From assembly GCA_048939015.1 (NCBI GenBank), contig JBHLPW010000003.1:1-64000 (forward strand): a stretch of DNA of 64,000 nucleotides, written 5' to 3'. Below the pieces are notes generated by a model, which saw only the letters and a program-made list of their open reading frames with translations, made no database searches and was not told where the DNA came from. A program made the translations under genes and the position numbers. Shown here in pieces: positions 58,997 to 64,000 of this stretch. Numbering within the stretch: the stretch's first letter is position 1; each line of letters starts with the position of its first letter. The DNA comes from Promethearchaeota archaeon (GTDB lineage: Archaea > Asgardarchaeota > Lokiarchaeia > Sigyniarchaeales > SOKP01).

Positions 58997-60820
58997 ATGA
59001 GTGAAACAGTTATACCTAAAAAAAAACGAGCTGGAATTAGAGAGAATAAAAAACCTATAATTGTGGGAAGCACAATAGCAGTCATCGCGATCGCAGGAAT
59101 TCTTAGTGGTATTTATTATCTAAATATAAGACAAGAAAATGGAGTAGAGGAAAAAGACACACTTATCATGGGGCTTCAAATAGGTCCACAATCCTTCGAC
59201 CCTTTTTATTTTGGCTTTCCAGGTCTTCATCCTAGGGAAACCCTTCTGTTGTTTGATCAAGTTGCTGAAGGATTGTTTCAATATGACAGATGGAATAGTA
59301 CTAATCCCATTGTTAATAATCTTGCAACAAAGGGAGAATGGAGTAATGACGGTTTAAATTTTACTTGTACCCTAAGAAAGGGAGTTAAATTTCATGATGG
59401 AACGGTATTTAATGCAACCGCAGTTAAATGGAATATAGATAGACTTTATTATTTTTTAAATCATAATCCTGATGATTATTCAAATATGAGTTGGTGGATT
59501 CCTGTAATGTGGCATCTTCCTGACGGTGTTACGCCGATTGTCAATAAAACTATAGTAATAGACGAATATACGGTACGATTTGTGTTAAATGAACCTTATG
59601 TTCCATTGCAATCTTTATTGATGCATCAAAGCTCTTATATGTTATCTCCTACTTCTACTCCTTTTGATAGACTTATTGATATTCGTAATGTTAATGAAAC
59701 AATGGTAGGAACAGGACCCTTCACTCTGGATTTTTTCAATATAACAGAGGATTTTGGTGTAGGTGTCGTACCTTATACAATTTTGAAAGCCAATGAAGGA
59801 TATTGGCATGGGAAGCCTGAGATTGAGGAAATTATCCTCAAACCTTTTTTTTATGACTACCAAAGATGGGAAGAAATGCGATCTGGAAATCTCTCTTATT
59901 CGGATTCAGTTGATTGGTGGTCTAATCTTAATCTAACAACGCTTGAAATAATGAGAAACACTCCAGAGGTTAATGTATTACCGGTATATTTTCCCTGGCA
60001 TAATTATATTTGGATGCATTACGAAAGAATAAATGGTACAATGAGAAAAGCAATTTCATACGCTTTTAATTATACTCGTCAATTTGAAGAATTTGATTTG
60101 GTATTCCCTGAAATTCGTGGAGAAAGATTGAAATCTTATCTGCCTTCGAATTCTCTTTATGCGAACTGGACAGCCTTTGATATACCAGAATTTAACCTCA
60201 CTAAGGCACGACAAGTTTTAAAAGATGCAAATTGGCCCGGAACAGAAACATTGACTGTAGATGATGATATTAGTCCCGGAAACGATTGGGAACTGAAAGC
60301 AAAAAGTTCAACACCTCTCGCAACATATCATACTGGAGATGGGTGGAATAGTATGCTTCTCCCTAAAGTAGCCGTTTTATTAAATGATACCCTCAAACAA
60401 ATCGGAGTGAAACTCAATGTTTCTCACATGGATGTGGATCAATACTGGGATAATGCTTCTGTAGGCAACTTAGATTTTATTAAAACCAAATATTTAGGAG
60501 ATTATGACGATCCTGACAATATTATTACTCCACAATTTGCCAATATAACGAATTTTGAATGTTTTCAGGCTTATAGGTATAATGATCCGTATATGCAGCA
60601 GATGATAAAAGATGGAAGAACAGAACATGACCCAATTACAAGAAAGCAAATATATTATGAAGTTCAGAGATATCTTATTGAAGAGTCATATCCTCATATA
60701 ATGCTATTCAATGAAAAACTATATACATATTGGAATTCAAATGTAGGAAATGTACTTTCTGCTTATAGATCAGACAACTCATTCCTATTAAAAGACCTAT
60801 ATATCATTAAAAACTCTTAA
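58997..60820 (+). CDS. ABC transporter solute-binding protein, family 5 (OppA/DppA-like)
   Basis: N-terminal TM anchor; LRKGVKFHDGT.FNA.AVKWN.DR, GTGPF, RKAISYA and DY.DP.N. Confidence 0.92.
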   Translation: MSETVIPKKKRAGIRENKKPIIVGSTIAVIAIAGILSGIYYLNIRQENGVEEKDTLIMGLQIGPQSFDPFYFGFPGLHPRETLLLFDQVAEGLFQYDRWNSTNPIVNNLATKGEWSNDGLNFTCTLRKGVKFHDGTVFNATAVKWNIDRLYYFLNHNPDDYSNMSWWIPVMWHLPDGVTPIVNKTIVIDEYTVRFVLNEPYVPLQSLLMHQSSYMLSPTSTPFDRLIDIRNVNETMVGTGPFTLDFFNITEDFGVGVVPYTILKANEGYWHGKPEIEEIILKPFFYDYQRWEEMRSGNLSYSDSVDWWSNLNLTTLEIMRNTPEVNVLPVYFPWHNYIWMHYERINGTMRKAISYAFNYTRQFEEFDLVFPEIRGERLKSYLPSNSLYANWTAFDIPEFNLTKARQVLKDANWPGTETLTVDDDISPGNDWELKAKSSTPLATYHTGDGWNSMLLPKVAVLLNDTLKQIGVKLNVSHMDVDQYWDNASVGNLDFIKTKYLGDYDDPDNIITPQFANITNFECFQAYRYNDPYMQQMIKDGRTEHDPITRKQIYYEVQRYLIEESYPHIMLFNEKLYTYWNSNVGNVLSAYRSDNSFLLKDLYIIKNS

Positions 60821-60877
60821 TTCAAGCTTAATTTATATTTAACCTACTTTTTTTTTCAGCTTAGAAAGTATATATTT

Positions 60878-61858
60878 CTAAGTGCTATAGACGGTATAAA
60901 ATAATATTCCTTCAAGATACAATGAGAAAATATAATTGTTATTTGCAGGAAAATCATCAGATTTAATACTATATCTATTAATTCCTACTGGTTCCGGATA
61001 AAATTCAAAATTATACATTGTCCTATTAAGGAGGACAGTAGCATATTTATAATTGTATAGAGTAAATTTTGCTCCAATTTCAGGAGAATTATCGTTATAA
61101 TTTAAGATGGTTGGAATATCTATTGCTGTAATAATAGAACCAGTAACATTAGCACCCATAAGTTTATGTTGAGTAATATAGATTTTATTTTTAATCGAAG
61201 AAAGAATCCACATACTATTCTGTGTATATTCTACATTGTAAGATTTCAAAACTAATTTTCCATTCTTTGTAACTCCAGTGATGTTCCCTTCGACAATACA
61301 ATTTGTTAGATCAAAGAATATATCACCGTTGGTAATATTAACATTCAAATTACTAATATGGACATTAAACGGGACAATTAAATCAACATTACCATCCATA
61401 ACGGCAGTAGAAATATCAAAAATCACGCCCTTTCTTAGGGTTACTGTTATTGAGACATCCCTTAATAAAGAATCCACTTCAGATTGAGTTACATTTGAAA
61501 ATAGTCTCATTGAGAAATCATATGGTGAGCTTGTTTTATCACCTTCGCTGATATTAAAATAATTTGAATAGCTTTTTCCCGCTAATCCTGAACCAGCCAT
61601 CTCAACATTTACTTCTATCCTCATAAAATAATCAACTGGGGGATCTATATATTTTATTTCGATATCCCCAATTTCAACATTAAGGTTTAATTTTTCAACA
61701 GCTGAACGGTTATCTGGAGTATAGGGATAAGAATAAGAGTAATTGATTATGCCATATGATGAGAGATTAACTGAGAGTACTCCAATTGGGACTGTGATAA
61801 TAAACCCGAAGCTACTAATCAGTATTATAGTAAATATTATTGCTCCTTTTTTCGCCAT
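60878..61858 (-). CDS. Hypothetical membrane-anchored beta-rich protein (adhesin/DUF4097-like)
   Basis: N-terminal TM helix and repeated x-G-D/N-I/V beta-turn motifs (GDIEI, GNVDL, GDIFF, GNITG). Confidence 0.65.
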   Translation of the reverse strand: MAKKGAIIFTIILISSFGFIITVPIGVLSVNLSSYGIINYSYSYPYTPDNRSAVEKLNLNVEIGDIEIKYIDPPVDYFMRIEVNVEMAGSGLAGKSYSNYFNISEGDKTSSPYDFSMRLFSNVTQSEVDSLLRDVSITVTLRKGVIFDISTAVMDGNVDLIVPFNVHISNLNVNITNGDIFFDLTNCIVEGNITGVTKNGKLVLKSYNVEYTQNSMWILSSIKNKIYITQHKLMGANVTGSIITAIDIPTILNYNDNSPEIGAKFTLYNYKYATVLLNRTMYNFEFYPEPVGINRYSIKSDDFPANNNYIFSLYLEGILFYTVYST

Positions 61859-62096
61859 ATTTGTTTGCTGTTAATTTGATTTCAGATGCCTATAATTAAT
61901 TTGATAAGACTCTTTTGTATTTAAATCAATCACTTGCGAATTTGGTTTAAGATGATATAATTGATCTATCACTATGAAATGTATGATCGTAAGATTTAAT
62001 AATATATGAAATTAATTTCTTTGTTACAACAACATTGTGAAATCTCATTTAATATTCAAATTTTCAGAAATTTGAAAAATTCAAAAATTCATTTTA

Positions 62097-63830
62097 ATGA
62101 TTAAAATGGTGGCAGAAAAAAAAAAACCGAAAAAAAAAATTCCTAAATTTAAGGAAATTAAAAAACCTATTATCATTGGGGCTATAATTGCCGGTTTTGC
62201 AATAACGGGAATTATAGTTGGTATTATTATATTAGGTGGTTACGATACAGATAAACCACCTAAAATTTTAACTTTTGGTTATCCTGGTTTACCATTTACT
62301 CTTGATCCACTTGAAGTTGCGTATCCTATAGATATAAATATGCTATACCAAGTAGCTGAAGGTCTATTTGATATTGATGAGAACGGAAACATTATTTCTG
62401 GTCTTGCATATATTAATAATCGTACATGGAGCCAAGATGCGCTAAATTTAACTTGCAATCTTAGAAAAGGTGTTAAATTCCATGATGGAACACTTTTTAA
62501 TGCTTCTGCTGTTAAATGGAATTTTGATAGAATTTATTATTTTCTTAATAATTCACTACTTGAATATCCAGATTTATGGATTTTTCCAGATGGAACTCCC
62601 ATTGTTAATGATACTCAAGTGATTGATGATTACACTGTTAAGTTTGTTTTGAACAAAGCTTTTGTACCTTTCGAAAGCTTATTAGCAACTTATAGTTCCT
62701 TTATAATCTCCCCAACTTCTACACAAGAAGATCGATTTCTCAATCTTGGAAATGATAATATCACCGGAACTGGTGCTTTTATCTTTGAGCACTTCGAGCC
62801 TTCAAAAAATATTTCGATGCTGGCAAACCCAATTTATTGGAATGGTAAACCAAAAATCGATAAACTCATATTAATCGAATTAAATACGACAGACTTTACT
62901 ACTGGTGCCCCACTATTGTCTGGAGACGTCGATCTTATGTTTCGGCATTTTGGGTGGGAAGAAGAAGTACTTGAAACATTCAGAAATAATTCCTCGTTTA
63001 TTGTAGAAGCTGGGCCTTTCTCAAATCTTCGATATCTTGTAATGAATAATGAATTGATAAATAAGACAATGAGAAAGGCAATTTCTTACGCTCTGAATTA
63101 TTCTTTTATCGAAACTCTTGGAGGAATTAGGGCAAAATCTCCTATTCCCGAAAGTATTCTGTATTATAATACTACAGGGATAAATGTACCTTTTTATGAT
63201 GTTTCAATAGCACGTCAAACTTTGAAGGATGTTAATTGGAATAATACTGCTGGTGCTTTAACTGCTGATAATAATATTAGTGCAGGTAATGAATGGGAAA
63301 AATTAGTAGATAATGGAACACCCCTCGCAATATATAATTATACATATGTTAAGAATTCTCCCATTTTTCCCCCCTTAAATTTTATCACATTATTAATTGA
63401 AAACCTCAAACAAATTGGAATAAAAGTTGAACCTTATAATATATCCATTACAAAATATAGCGCACAAAGGTTTGAAACAGGAGGATATCATAGAAATATG
63501 TTCGAACTCTGTTGGGGTTGGTGGGCTGCTGATTATAATGATCCATCCACTTTTATTAATCCACTCTTTACTAATGAAACGGTTGCATTTAATACAGGTC
63601 AGGTTAATGATCATCTCACACAAATGTGGATGACTGAAGCTTTATCAGAAACTGATCCAATAGCTCGAAAGGATTTATATTATGATATTCAAAAACATCT
63701 TATTGAAGAAGTATATCCCATTGCGTTTTCTTACTCTACAGTTTTAGCAGCAATTTATGATTCAAATATCAATGGCTGGAGTACCAATTCTTGGAATTGG
63801 CCCTTTAAAAATGTCTGTTTTGATTTATAA
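62097..63830 (+). CDS. ABC transporter solute-binding protein, family 5 (paralogue of 58997..60820)
   Basis: QVAEGLF, LRKGVKFHDGT.FNA, GTGAF, RKAISYA and W.ADYNDP. Confidence 0.92.
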   Translation: MIKMVAEKKKPKKKIPKFKEIKKPIIIGAIIAGFAITGIIVGIIILGGYDTDKPPKILTFGYPGLPFTLDPLEVAYPIDINMLYQVAEGLFDIDENGNIISGLAYINNRTWSQDALNLTCNLRKGVKFHDGTLFNASAVKWNFDRIYYFLNNSLLEYPDLWIFPDGTPIVNDTQVIDDYTVKFVLNKAFVPFESLLATYSSFIISPTSTQEDRFLNLGNDNITGTGAFIFEHFEPSKNISMLANPIYWNGKPKIDKLILIELNTTDFTTGAPLLSGDVDLMFRHFGWEEEVLETFRNNSSFIVEAGPFSNLRYLVMNNELINKTMRKAISYALNYSFIETLGGIRAKSPIPESILYYNTTGINVPFYDVSIARQTLKDVNWNNTAGALTADNNISAGNEWEKLVDNGTPLAIYNYTYVKNSPIFPPLNFITLLIENLKQIGIKVEPYNISITKYSAQRFETGGYHRNMFELCWGWWAADYNDPSTFINPLFTNETVAFNTGQVNDHLTQMWMTEALSETDPIARKDLYYDIQKHLIEEVYPIAFSYSTVLAAIYDSNINGWSTNSWNWPFKNVCFDL

Positions 63831-63873
63831 AAATTTTAATCCATAGAAAATTCACGTTGAGAAAGAATATAGA

Positions 63874-64000
63874 TTAATAAACATTGTTGGTATTTATTTT
63901 ATATTCAAGTACATAAAAAAAAAGCTCAAAATTATTTTCAGCTGGAAAATCCATTGATATTAATTGAAATCCTTTTGGAAACAATGGATGATTGAGAGGA
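63874..64000 (-). CDS. 3' end of a probable paralogue of 60878..61858 (truncated by the window edge)
   Basis: Hand translation ...FQLISMDFPAENNFELFFY... matches YSIKSDDFPANNNYIFSLY near the C-terminus of 60878..61858. Confidence 0.65.
   Translation of the reverse strand, partial: PLNHPLFPKGFQLISMDFPAENNFELFFYVLEYKINTNNVY

Overview
AT-rich archaeal chromosomal segment, most consistent with an Asgard archaeon of the Lokiarchaeia type. This is an inference from the archaeal uL16/L10e, the NDT-sequon-rich Ig-like surface proteins, the expanded zinc-ribbon membrane proteins and the poly-T terminators. From left to right it contains: two surface-protein genes (a 5'-truncated giant Ig-repeat protein and a 7-bladed FG-GAP/FN3 protein); a tandem pair of paralogues that I read as HhH + BRO1-like + ESCRT-I-type hairpin fusions, followed by a membrane-anchored tandem winged-helix protein; a split dnaJ/dnaK/grpE locus; a 4.0-kb cassette bounded by a 47-bp duplication of the meaB 3' end, carrying one adhesin with three tandem phage-tail-collar/HxH modules; a B12 acyl-CoA mutase operon with isobutyryl-CoA-mutase-type residues; a ~16-kb putative glycolipid-tailoring cluster (3 B12-radical SAM enzymes, sulfotransferase, 3 glycosyltransferases, deacetylase, LuxE-like, glf, acyltransferase, CDP-alcohol transferase); rpl10e; an acetate-CoA ligase alpha homologue lacking its phosphohistidine loop; and a repeated convergent pair of family-5 solute-binding protein plus unknown membrane-anchored protein. 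No rRNA, tRNA, CRISPR array, integrase or transposase was recognised. All family calls come from motif recognition by eye, not from database searches.
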